The position numbers and the translations under genes were made by a program. This document shows positions 9,401 through 20,092 of a stretch of 33,798 nt of DNA, one piece after another (the first letter of the stretch is position 1; the number at the start of each line of letters is the position of its first letter). The notes below the pieces were generated by a model, which was not told the origin of the DNA, did not search any database, and worked only from the letters and a program-made list of their open reading frames with translations. Source of the stretch: Macrostomum lignano (Eukaryota); the NCBI GenBank assembly GCA_002269645.1, contig NIVC01000711.1, positions 1-33,798 of the forward strand, in the 5' to 3' direction.

Positions 9401-12346
9401 AAAGAACTACTCACAAATTGAGCGTGAGGCACTTGCCATAGTCTGAGGAATTCGCAGATGACATCGATTTCTCTGAGAGAGGAAGTCAGCTTGGTCACGG
9501 ACCATAGACCATTGATCTACATTTTACCAGCCGACAAGGAACTGCCGCCCCGTGTGTCTGCCAGACTACAGAGATGGGCGATTTTCCTTACAGCCTACGA
9601 CTATCAAAACCAGTACCGGAACACAAAAGCTGTGACTTTTGATGCATTATCTCGACTGGTCAAGACAGGGCTAGACAAGACTACTCTGGAAATTGGAAAC
9701 GCAAATGTTTTTTGCTCGCTGGTGTCGGCTAATGAGATGGTGATGGTGTGTACTACGAATAGCTGTCAGGTCAGGACATGCGGATGCTAAAGAAAGCCGT
9801 GACAACAGGAGACTTCAGGAATCGAGCACCGAGATGAACTAACCTTTAAGACGAGTTCCAAGGGGACAGAGAATCGTTCCAAAATCGCTACGTGACAGAG
9901 TGATCAAGGCCGTTCATCAAGCACACCTCGGAATCGCCAGGTCAAATTCTTTGGCCAGAACAGAGTTCTGGTGGCCTGCTATGGACAAAGATCTCGAGAA
10001 AGCTATTGGCTCGTGTAAAGTTTGCCGCTCTGCTAAGCCACAGAACAGAAATTTTCGGACATCGAGGCCGGAGGCAAATGGTTCGTGGGATCGAGTCCAT
10101 GTGGATTTTGCTGGCCCCATCGAGAAACTGTATCTTCTACTGACAGCAGACTCGTACACACGCTACCCCGAGATCCACATCACCAAAGAAATGACCTCGC
10201 AAACGGTGGTTCAATGCCTTCGACGGACATTTTCTCAACTAGGAATACCTCGCACAATAGTATCAGACAACGGTCCAAGCTTCACGAGCAGGAAGTTCAG
10301 AGAATGGCTTGATGGAATCGATTGCAAACAGTTGAGGACTGCGCCACACCATCCCCAGAGCAATGGAGCTGCTGAAAGACTGGTACGGATAGTGAAAGAG
10401 GCAATCAGTGCAAATGGATTCAGCCAACAAACAATTAACAGGTTCTTGCTGTTCTACGAGTACAGAGCCTCGGCAGTAAACAAGGGAATATCACCAGCTG
10501 AAAGAATGCTAGGACGCACGATCCGGGTGCCGTTCACTAAGCGACGAGTGGATTTAGAAGACCAGGTTATAGAAGAATTTAAGAGATGGTGAAATTCCTG
10601 CAAAGGTAGTGCTTTCATCATGGCGCATGGCGCTCATCAAGACAGATGAGGAACAACCGAAGTACAGGAAGGTTCCCTTTGACCAGATTCAGACGTATAA
10701 ACAAGCAAGTGAAAAAGCAGACACAATGACAGACCAACCGCGGACGGACGAGCCTAGACCGGATGTTAGACCAGAGGAAGATGCAAGTGCGAATATTCCG
10801 AAGCCAAAACTGGATGGATTTGATTGGCCAAAGCGCAGTCAGGGACTAATGAAAAAACAACGAGTTGACTATAGTTGCTGATGTCGACATCAGCAGCGAA
10901 TGGAATGTTTCCAATCACTAACTTGCGTTACCCATTGTAAGAGGGAAGATGCTGTGTATGGGCTCAGTGCCATAGACATATGAGCCACCACAGTAAGTTT
11001 TTTTTGTAAAGTAGTAGCACTATGGAGCAGGACTCCATAGTGCCACATAACATAAATGATGACAAATGGGAATGCTTTATGATTACTGAAGTGGAAGATA
11101 TACGAAAAAAGCATACAGGAAGATTCTCCCCACACTCACCGCCCACGGCGGGCCCCGAGGCTTTGCGCAAAGTTCGCCGCTCGATTGGCTTCTCGTAGGC
11201 AGCGCCTCGCAGCAGCCGTTTGACGTAGATGCCGGGGATGTGCACCTGCTCAGGCGGGATCTCGCCTGTCTCCACGATCTCCTCAACCTCTGCGATGGTC
11301 ACCTGTGTTGAAATGGGGAAGGGCGTTAAATGTCAGTCCGCTATGGGGTTTCGAAATCGGAAAAGTACCCAGTGTCTGAGGTGGAGATACCCATGAGAAG
11401 AGACAGATACCCATGAGAAGAGACAGATATCCATGAGAAGAGACAGATACCCATGAGAAGAGACAGATACCCATGAGAAGAGACAGATACCCATGAGAAG
11501 AGACAGATACCCATGAGAAGAGACAGATACCCATGAGAAGAGACAGATACCCATGAGAAGAGACAGATACCCATGAGAAGAGACAGATACCCATGAGAAG
11601 AGACAGATACCCATGAGAAGAGACAGATACCCATGAGAAGAGACAGATACCCATGAGAAGAGACAGATACCCATGAGAAGAGACATATACCCATGAGAAG
11701 AGACAGATACCCATGAGAAGAGACAGATACCCATGAGAAGAGATAGATACCCATGAAAGAAGAGACAGATACCCATGAGAAGAGATAGATACCCATGAAA
11801 GAAGAGACGGATACCCATAGATATGCAAGTTTCCGATTTCGCCCGGCCGTTTCAACTTTCAACACGCAAGTCGCTATTGGACAAACCAGTTGTCACGTGA
11901 CATGTGTTGCCAGTAGAAACGGGCGGTCGATTTTAAAAGTTGCGCCTATACACGCAGATAGCCATGAGGAAGTGGGTTAGCACAAGTCAAATACCCAGTG
12001 AGTCAGGTCACAGTTGAGTCACCTTTGCCGCGGTGCACATGGGCGCATTGAAGTTGTTGGCGGTCTTCCTGAACACCAGGTTGCCCGCTTTGTCGGCGCG
12101 CCAGGCCTTCACCAACGCGAAGTCGCCTGTGATGGCCCGCTCCAGCACGTAGTTCAGGCTGTGGAATTGGCGGTCCTCGCGCTGGTCGCTGGCGATCAAC
12201 ACGGACTTGCCGGACTCGCCGTACTTGATGGGCGCGCCGCCCTCGTGGATCAGCGTGCCGTAGCCGGTGGGCGTGTAGAATGCGGGGATGCCGGCGCCTC
12301 CCGCCCGGATCCGCTCGGCCAGGGTGCCCTGCGGAGTGAGCTCCAC
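6482..12346 (-). CDS. OXCT1: Succinyl-CoA:3-ketoacid CoA transferase (SCOT), last four exons; 5' exons outside the window
   Basis: Exons are 12346-12023, 11302-11140, 7377-6926 and 6700-6482, with GT-AG introns and matching phases (0,1,0). Motifs include [70 protein letters not shown] (catalytic Glu), GMGGAMDLV and [19 protein letters not shown]. Stop TGA is at 6484-6482. Confidence 0.96.
6781..6895. repeat. Short ~30-bp imperfect tandem repeat (CTCTGAAGCTGCAACCCCACCTTCTGCACC) in the last OXCT1 intron
   Basis: About 3 degenerate copies visible. Confidence 0.7.
7404..7483 (+). repeat. 5' LTR (80 bp)
   Basis: Aligns to 10950-11052 with 6 mismatches in the first 51 bp. Shares the terminus TAGTGC(T/C)ACATAACA. 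Confidence 0.85.
7600..8416 (+). pseudogene. Gypsy gag remnant
   Basis: Fragments [25 protein letters not shown] and RDQFICGLN, plus the zinc knuckle [14 protein letters not shown]. Multiple stops and frameshifts. Confidence 0.8.
8470..9790 (+). pseudogene. Gypsy pol remnant (protease, partial RT, RNase H)
   Basis: Protease [13 protein letters not shown] at about 8500. RT N-terminus [25 protein letters not shown]...IRLRVDYR; I did not find the YxDD core, so it appears deleted. Also [20 protein letters not shown], RNase [16 protein letters not shown] and TDHRPL. Confidence 0.85.
9900..10592 (+). CDS. Gypsy integrase (probably non-functional)
   Basis: HHCC (HQAHLG...CKVC) and DDE core ([24 protein letters not shown]). 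Confidence 0.9.
   Translation: MIKAVHQAHLGIARSNSLARTEFWWPAMDKDLEKAIGSCKVCRSAKPQNRNFRTSRPEANGSWDRVHVDFAGPIEKLYLLLTADSYTRYPEIHITKEMTSQTVVQCLRRTFSQLGIPRTIVSDNGPSFTSRKFREWLDGIDCKQLRTAPHHPQSNGAAERLVRIVKEAISANGFSQQTINRFLLFYEYRASAVNKGISPAERMLGRTIRVPFTKRRVDLEDQVIEEFKRW
10950..11052 (+). repeat. 3' LTR (103 bp) with an 11-bp hairpin at 11017-11043
   Basis: Follows the PPT and is followed by the TSD TAAAT. Contains GCACTATGGAG-CAGGA-CTCCATAGTGC. Confidence 0.85.
11385..11820. repeat. 20-bp tandem minisatellite (GAGACAGATACCCATGAGAA)n in an OXCT1 intron
   Basis: About 21 near-identical copies inside intron 11303-12022. Confidence 0.96.
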
Positions 12347-12401
12347 CTGGCGGGCGGGGGAGTGAAGACTCGGCCATGTTCGAATCCCACTTTTTGGCAT
12401 A

Positions 12402-13262
12402 CGATGGGCACTACGAAATTTTAGCCAAGCCAAAGCTACTCTATGTACTACCATGATTTTTCACACTCATAGAGTCACGTGATTCAGCGCGGTCATAAAA
12501 TTTCTTGAGAAAAGCTTTTCGCGTTCAGCTGCCAGAGCCAGTTAACTCAAGCACCTCGGCAAACTTTCCAGTTGAGCTCATACAGTTGAATCGCGAGCAC
12601 TTTTTGTGCTACGAGCGTATGATCTGCTATGATTACTTCAGCGGCTTTAACGAATTGTGCCATGCCACAACGCCTGAAACAGTGGCCCGCGTCCTGCAGC
12701 TGGGTGAAGCTGACAGGCGGATAACCTACCAGGAGTCCCTGCGCATCCATTAGCAGGCCATCAATAAGATCCTGCAAAAGCTGACAAGTTGCTGGGTGCT
12801 CCACTTGCTGCAGTCTGAGCAGAAACAAGCCAGAGTTGGCTGGTGCCACCAGATACTGCAAAAAGTACAACGATGGAGCAACTAAGCACATCATTGACCT
12901 CGTGGCATGCGACGAGACTTGGGGGACGGGGTGTACTACTATGAACCAGAACGCATATGTCTGTCGCAGGTACCAGGACAACGCGAGTGCTCACACGGCA
13001 CTGGCAAAGAGGCAGTTTCTTCAAGCACAGGGTCCATGATTCGCTGTGTGGACGGCGCTTTTCAACTGCAGAAGAGGCTGCAGAGGCTTTTGATGAGGCG
13101 GTGAAGGGGGTGTCTGCTTCTGAGTGGCAGCTGCTTTGATGCTTGGTTTGAGAGAATGAGGCGCTGCATAGAAGCTGTTGGAGAGTACTTCAAGATCTAA
13201 AAATTTCACCTTCATAGTTGCTTCTGCTCGAGAGTGGCTAAAAACTTTCGTAGTGCCTCCCT
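12402..13262 (+). mobile_element. Internally deleted mariner (Tc1/mariner) transposon remnant
   Basis: Imperfect TIRs CGATGGGCACTACGAAATTTTAGCCA (12402-) and TGGCTAAAAACTTTCGTAGTGCCTCC (13235-13260), with TA at 12400-12401. Transposase fragments include RRITYQE, SEQKQARVGWC, DETW..YYYEPE, GRRFSTAEEAAEAFDEAV and WFERMRRCIEAVGEYF. The middle of the catalytic domain is missing. Confidence 0.85.
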
Positions 13263-13305
13263 CCATCCAGAGACACAGAAGCAGACAGACACACAAGCAG
13301 ACGGG

Positions 13306-13860
13306 AGTAGTAGGGGAAATGTGGACTCTGCCGCAGGAATTTCCGTGGGAAAACCACGGGCCTATAGTGTGTAAACATAGCGCCTATGTAAATGCATTGG
13401 TGGACTCTGCCGCAGGGAAAGCCACGGAATTTCCATAGGGGGGGGGGGTCGGAGAGCGAAATATACGGGCTTTTCATATTACCGATTCCAGAACCAGAGT
13501 CGGTTCGAAGCTTTTCATATTGTCTGTTCCGTTTTCATAGTCGGTTCCAAAACCGTGATCCGATTCTGGAATTCGGTTCGAGAAATTTTCTCGATCTTTT
13601 GTCGTATTTCTATAGAAACGAAAGGACGAATTTGAAATAACATTTCAAACATTTCAAAAAGAATACTAGTTTCTAGATTTTAAATGAAAATGTTTTTATC
13701 CTTTGAGAAGTAATTAATCTAATTAGACAAAAATAGAATAGAAAAATTTTGACGCTTTTCATTTTCCTACTCGATCTTCAATGAAAAAAGCCGAATAGAG
13801 CTCTATGTAAATGGATTGGTGGACTCTGCCGCAGGGGAAAGCAGCATAAGTTCCTGGGAA
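13306..13860. repeat. Putative Polinton left terminal/subterminal region with three GTGGACTCTGCCGCAGG direct repeats
   Basis: AGTAGTAG at 13306. The 17-mer occurs at 13321, 13400 and 13819; copies 2 and 3 share 34 bp with 1 mismatch. Confidence 0.65.
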
Positions 13861-15017
13861 GCTTAAAACTGACTCTCTAAAAATAGTAAAAAACTTCTCT
13901 AGCGTACATTAACCATAGTTAATTGAAAATTGGGCGAACCTGGCTTCCGATCTCCACAATATTTAAACTTAGTTGGCAGTGGGAATACATAGGCCTATGT
14001 TCATGAGTTCCTCCGTACTTTAGTACGAGTCTCGCAAACTGGACTGAATTTGTTGTGAAAGTGAGCTTGCAAAGCGCCGTCGTTTATTGCCTTGTTATTT
14101 TTTTCTTGATACTGCTGATTTGGCCGCGGGGAAGTGGGGTGCAGGTCTGGGGTGGAGGTCTTTAAAACTAACTGATGCACGGGACGGGGGGATTGTTATC
14201 AGTTTTATTATTATTATTGTTCAATAACGGTAAGAAAATAATTAGTGCATACACATTTGTAACGTGTAAACATATCTGTATGTGTACATATAGGCGATAT
14301 TGCCTGGTGATTTGAATATAAGGACTGAAAAATTCTACTGAGCCATTAAAAATAGATTTTGTTGAGATTTAAACGGACTTCGAAATTTTAAATTTTCACA
14401 AAAACCCCTTGATTAAATTTTAAACCATGAGCCATTCTCGGTGCCCATCCTACGTTCATGAGGTGTGTGTCACCTGCAATATTAGTATGCTCGGTGGACT
14501 AAAGCACCATGTAGCGAATGAAGGCTGCAGTGTCACCCGATGGCTACTATGCCATGAATGCCAGTCCGTTGAACTCTTCACTGTTAGAGGCCAAATAAAG
14601 AGGCATAAAAATCATTCGACTGTTAATTGGAGCTCTGCTGAGGACCGCGAGCAGGCACGCATTACTGCTCTGGAAGTTGCACGTCAAGAGGAACGCAACA
14701 GGGCGGCAGAACGCATTCGAGAGCCGGTGAGCAATTTGAGTCAGGTTATTACAAGCTTATGCGGCCGAGTAACGAACACTGGTGACCAGCCCAACGCCCA
14801 GCCTGCTGCTGCTTCTGCTGCTCTACTTGATGGTGATGTCGGAGCTCCCCTGCTTGATGCTGCTGATGGAGGTGGCACCCCTGACTTCGAGCTGAATGAG
14901 CTGGACACCGCTTTCTTCGAGAACCTCGATGGTGAGCCTGAAGCACAGGAGCAGCAAGAAATGCAACAGCAGCAGCAGGCTCGAGGAATTGACCCCGAGG
15001 GGACTGAAACTCGTCCC

Positions 15018-15089
15018 GGCGCGATCCGTCGGACCTCCACGAGGTGCGCCCTGGGCCCTACCACTGCCATGGTGGGGCACGAACACGAC
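15018..15089 (+). ncRNA. HDV-like self-cleaving ribozyme at the LINE 5' end
   Basis: Folded by hand. P1 GGCGC/GCGCC(CU); P3 ACC/GGU with L3 UCCACGA; P1.1 CC/GG(15053-54); 9-bp P4 GCCCUACCA/UGGUGGGGC; J4/2 ACGAA with putative catalytic C15080; P2 GUCG(G)/(CA)CGAC. Confidence 0.72.
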
Positions 15090-18000
15090 CGAATCCACAT
15101 TGCTGTTGATTGGGCTGTCAAGGAGAGAGAAAAAGCAGACGAGCTTGACCCGACGGACTCGACATGGAATAGACTCCCACGCAGCGGGGACGTCGAAGTA
15201 AATCCGGGGCCGAGCGCCGAGTGCGTCATCTGCAGAAGAGGCCTTAGGAAAAGCTGGCTCGTGTGTGCTGGCTGCCAAAGCCAGGTGTACCAAAAATGCG
15301 CTGGGATCACCAGAAGCGCAGCGGAGAAGTGCAAGCAGGACAGAGACCAGTGGCGGTGCGAAGCATGCGCGCCAAAAGCTAGGTGCGTAGAATGCCAGCG
15401 ATGCCGCGTTAAAATCAAGTTAAACACCAAGGCGGTCGAGTGCTCGGACTGCAAGCGTGCCTTCCACAAAGCGTGCACAAAGCTAACCCGGCGACAGCTG
15501 AAACTGCTAGGCGATAGTGACGTCTGGACGTGCGGCGACTGCACGGCAGAGTGGCCGGCAGAGGACAAGGTAGTCAACACCCGGTTGAGACCTGAGGACA
15601 ATGAAAAGTGCTCGAAGTGCTGTAGGAAGTTCCAACAGCGCCAGAGCCCGGAGCAGTGCCGAAAGTGCAAACGGTGGACACATGCTAAGTGTACCGGCAA
15701 GAAGCGAGGACGGCAGTACTACACCCAATGGACGTGTGAGGGGTGCCAGGCGAGTGAGTTGGAACCGGAAGTCGCCCGCTCTGATGAGACCATGGAGTCG
15801 ATGACAGCAGCGCAAGAGGAGACTGGGATAACTATCTCACCGGAGGATACCAACATACGAGACGTGCCAAGGTCACCGAGCGGGGCAAGCTCTAACGACA
15901 CCGAAGCTGAGGATAACATCGCTGACAGCTGCCGGTGCTGTGTCTGCGCCCGCACGGTCGGCAACGAATGGAGCTTGCGCTGTGCAAATACCAGCCAATG
16001 GTGCCACCTGAAGTGCGCCGGACTAGACATCAAAACCGTCAAGAGGCAGCCAAAAAGCTCATGGACACAATGGTGCTGCCCGGTGCACGCCAAAGGTGGT
16101 AATAGTAGCCTAACGCAGGTGGACGAGAAGCATGTGCAGCCGCAAAGCGGACGGTGTGGCTACAAGGAATGCAACCGCCGCCTAAAACCGGAAGCTTTCC
16201 TACAGTGCAACAGCTGCCCGATAAAGGTACACGTGAGCTGCGGCGGCACAAGTAGCCGCGCGCTCATCGACAAGTGGCGCCGCGAAAAGTCGTGGGCATG
16301 CCGCCTCTGCCAAGCGGCCGGGACAGCGCACACAGCTGAGCCCACGAGCAGGACAGAAAGTGCGGGCAACGCACCGAAAGAGACGACCGGGGGGCGCCGC
16401 ATCTGCGTCTGCCAATGGAACTGTGATGGCCTGGCACCAAAGATCCCGGAACTGCTAGCGTTCGTGGAAGCCAACGATATTGATGTGGTAGCGCTGCAAG
16501 AGACTAAGACCAGAGCCGAGGATAAGCTGCCAAAGACGCCTGGATACCGGTTAGTACGGCAAGACAGATGGCGAGCCCTGCCTAGGGGAGGAGGAGTAGC
16601 CTTCCTTATTAAAGAGGCACTAGCTTTCCGAGTCGTCAGGCGCAGTGGCGAGGCGGAGGGCATTGAGGGCGGCATGGAGGAGCTTGCCATTGAAGTGTTC
16701 TGGACCGACAGTGAACCTGTGCGGCTGTACAACTTCTACGCCCCCCCCCCCACCAAAGGGCCCGGGCACGGATACGGCTATGGCTCAACTGCAGGCGTGG
16801 CCCGAGGACGACTGGGGACTCTGGCTCGGCGATGCCAATGCGCACAGTAACAGCTGGGACAGCGACGCTCGCGGGGACGCCCGAGGCGAGATGCTGGAAG
16901 ACTGGATCAGTGAACGTGACGCCATCATATTGAACGACGGCTCCCCGACCAGGCGTGGTAGAGGCACGGAGCGACCTAGCGCACCCGACATCACGCTGTG
17001 CAGCTCTGCCATCTACCGACGTTGGAGACCGGAGTGGAAAGTGGAGCGGAGGCTGTGCTCGGACCACGCCCCCATCCTGATCAGGGGAGGGTCGCAAGAA
17101 GACCGCTCAGAGGAGGCGCGCCTTACTTGGCACTGGAAGAAGGCGGACTGGGAGGCGTACCGAAGACAGATCGAAGCAACTCTGGCGGATAGCGAGCCGG
17201 AAAAAACGGTGGCAAAGGAGGAGGAGAGATTGCGCAAGATCGTGTTAGCGGCCGCGTACAAATGCATCGGGCTGATTAAGCTGAGTAGAGAGGAAAAGTT
17301 CAGCCTGAGTGCCGAGGTCGAGGAGGCGCTGGCAGAACGCGATGCCCGGTTGTGGGGACCCGAGCAGGCGACGGACGACGCAGCGGCCGCCGGCCAAAAC
17401 GGAAGTAATGCCGACGAGGACCCGATTGCTAAGCTCAGGGATGACCTTAGAGAGAAATGGTGGAGTCGGGTCACGCAGACAAGAAGCACCGAAGATATGT
17501 GGAAGCTGATAAACGGTTGTAAAGAGAAACCGCCGAGAGTCCCTGCCGAGGTCATAGCCCAGGGAGAGAGGAGGCATGTAAAGCCGGCGGACAAAGCCAC
17601 GGCGTTCGCCAAGGCCTACGCCAGCATCAGCGACGTTAAGGTCCCGCGGGCAAACAGGCATGTCAAACGGCAGCTAAACAAAGGACTGCGGCAGGCAGGA
17701 AAGGCCGGGGACCCAGTGACCACGGAAGTCGAGGTCAAACGAGCGCTGGAGGAGATGGACGGGAGCAAAGCCCCAGGGCCGGACAAAGTGCACCCGCAGC
17801 TACTCAAGAACCTACCGCCAACCGGGGTGGCTGCCTTCACTAACCTGTTCCAAAGATCATGGCAAAGGTCCGAAGTTCCCCAAAACTGGCGATCAGGTGA
17901 AATCATCCCGCTGCTGAAGGACGGACTGGACCCGGAGATCACATCATCGTACCGCCCCATCTGCCTGACAGCCACCATCGGAAAATGGCTAGAAAGGGTG

Positions 18001-20092
18001 GCCAGCAACCGGCTATACCACGCGCTGGAGAGCAGAGGCCTACTTGCCGAAGAGCAGGCGGGCTTCAGGGCCGGCCGCACCACAGCAGACCAAGTGCTCG
18101 CGCTGTGCCAGGACATCGCAGACGGTTACCAGCTAAAGCTTAAAACGATCGTAGTACTGCTAGATTATGCGAAGGCATACGACACGGTATGGAGAGACGG
18201 CCTGTTAGAGAAGATGCGGCGGCTAGGTATCGACCCGGTGCTAATCCGGTGGGTCCAGGCATGGCTCTGCAACAGACTAGCCTGGGTCCGCCTCGGCAAC
18301 GAGCGCGGGAGTACGGTGGTCATGAAGCAGGGGATGCCCCAGGGCAGCGTGTTGTCACCGGTCCTTTTCCTGATTTACATTAACGACGTGGTGGAGCAGG
18401 TAAACCAGCCGGTCAAGATCAGGCTGTTCGCCGACGACCTGGCGCTGTGGGTTCAAGCGGAGACGGTGGAAAAAGCGGCGAGAAAATTGCAGTTAGCGGT
18501 GTCGGACGTGGCAGAGTGGAGCAGGAAGTGGCTACTCCGGCTAAACCCTCAAAAGTGCGAGGTGGGCCTGTTCAGCCTGAACAACAAGGACCGTGTGGAG
18601 AATGTTGCGCTGACCATCGAGGGAAAGCGCCTCCGCACCACGGAGGTCATCAAATACCTCGGCGTCACCATCGACCGACGACTGACGTTCGCCGAGCACA
18701 TCCGCCTCTGTGTCATCAAGGCGCGAAACCGGATCAGCCTGTTGAAGAGACTGCGCCACAGGCGCTAGCCTACCCTTGGAGCTAGCCAGAACGGCGTACG
18801 TGGCGCTGGTCCGACCTGTCATCGAGTACGCGACGGCGGCGTGGAGCCCGTGGGTGTTGGAAACGCAGTGGGCCAAGGTGGAACGATGCCAGCGGGCGGC
18901 AGCCAGAGTCGTAACCAGACTGCCTAGCTCGACACCGGTCGAAGCGCTGCTCGAAGAGGCTAGGCTCCAGGACTTGCGAAGCCGAGCTAGAGAAGCGGCT
19001 GTCAAACTGTACGATAGCTACCTCAGGCACGCTGCGGAGGACAGTCGCAAATGCTTAGCCCGTGCAGATGTCCGACAGCGCCAAAAGAGGACAAACTGGC
19101 GCCGGGAGGCCAGTAAAGAATGGGCAGCTATCTTTGACACGGACCCGCCAGCTGATGACCACACGTGGACCGCGCCGTGGGATGGTGGAGCGGCAAACCT
19201 GGTGTTCCCGCAACCCGGCAAGAGAGAGGTATGGAAGGAGGAAAACAAAAAGGTAGCGCGTGAGAAGCTGAGCGAGTGCAAGTCGGACGTGATTATTTTT
19301 ACTGACGGGTCAGTCGACAAGGAAGGAAGAGGTGGAGCCGGCTTCAGCGTGTGGGCCGAAGGCGTCGAGATCGCGACTGGCAGCCACCCTGCAGGACCCG
19401 GATGCTCATCGACGCAAGCGGAGCTTGCTGCGATCAAGGCGGCAGTCGAGTGGATTGACCAGCAGCAGACAGGGTGGAGCGCCATCACCATAGCTTGCGA
19501 TAGCTCGGCTGCACTCCAAGCGCTGAATACCCCGCCACGGCGTCGAAATAGGCTGGCTAACGCGATCCGGACCGTGCTGGATAAGTGGACCGACAGGTCG
19601 GTGCGCTTCGTATGGGTGGCCGGACACGCAGGCGTGGAAGGTAACGAACGAGCCGATGCGCTAGCGGCAAAGGGCCGCCCCCTGAACGGCCCGGAAGGAC
19701 CAGGATGGACGGCGGAAGCTGCAAAGCTGGAGATAAGGAACCGCATGCGGAGGCGAGCTGTATGGAAGCACGCCAGGTCGGAGGCGACTTACAGCGCCGG
19801 CGGACTAAACTGGCGCATCGAGGCCAGCTGGCCGGTGACGGAGAGGGCCGATTACGCTCGCTTCCGCGTTGGCCATAATACCAAGTTGGCGGCGTACGCC
19901 CACCGCATCGGCCTGGCTGCCACAGCGAACTGTCAGCACTGCGAGCAAGGAGACCAAACGGTGGAGCACGTTACCATCGAGTGCCCAGCTTTGGATAGCG
20001 TCAGACGACCACTCGGGATAACCAGCCTGAGCGCCCACTGTAAGGACCCGGAAGCCGGCCGCCGGCTGTGGAACGCGTTTCAGCGACTGTAA
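15069..20092 (+). CDS. LINE polyprotein with two frameshifts (poly-C at 16741-16751; about 18754)
   Basis: 2A motif GDVEVNPGP, then five PHD-like fingers. APE: QWNCDG, ALQETK, LGDANAHS, SDHAPI. RT: KAPGPD, YRPICL, QAGFR, LLDYAKAYDTVW, GMPQGSVLSP, LFADDL, KYLGVTID. RNase H: FTDGS, QAEL, CDS, WVAGH, NERAD. C-terminal CQHC...EHVTIEC. Confidence 0.92.
15162..15212 (+). other. 2A (StopGo) ribosome-skipping motif ...WNRLPRSGDVEVNPG/P
   Basis: Exact D(V/I)ExNPGP consensus at 15189-15212, immediately before the first PHD finger. Confidence 0.85.

Larger units (their letters stand above)
7404..11052 (+). mobile_element. Decayed Ty3/Gypsy LTR retrotransposon in an OXCT1 intron, antisense to the host gene
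   Basis: LTRs at 7404-7483 and 10950-11052 (TG...CA). TAAAT TSD at 7399-7403 and 11053-11057. PBS-like TGGCGTCG at 7485 and PPT AAGAGGGAAGA at 10939-10949. Domain order is gag-PR-RT-RH-IN. Confidence 0.92.

Noticed and set aside
11283-11865. Three ORFs with [20 protein letters not shown] repeats
   Set aside because: Translation of the 20-bp intronic minisatellite.
6482-12346. Bacterial ScoA/ScoB CoA-transferase genes (contamination or HGT)
   Set aside because: The A and B domains are fused in one frame and interrupted by canonical spliceosomal introns, as in animal OXCT1.
14998-15017. Hammerhead ribozyme (CTGA...GAAA-like) near the LINE start
   Set aside because: Only a small GGGAC/GTCCC hairpin is present; the CUGANGA and GAAA core is not arranged around three stems.
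14427-15068. Treating 14427 as the start of a LINE ORF1
   Set aside because: The ribozyme, candidate TSD and in-frame continuation at 20165 indicate this part belongs to the interrupted Polinton gene.
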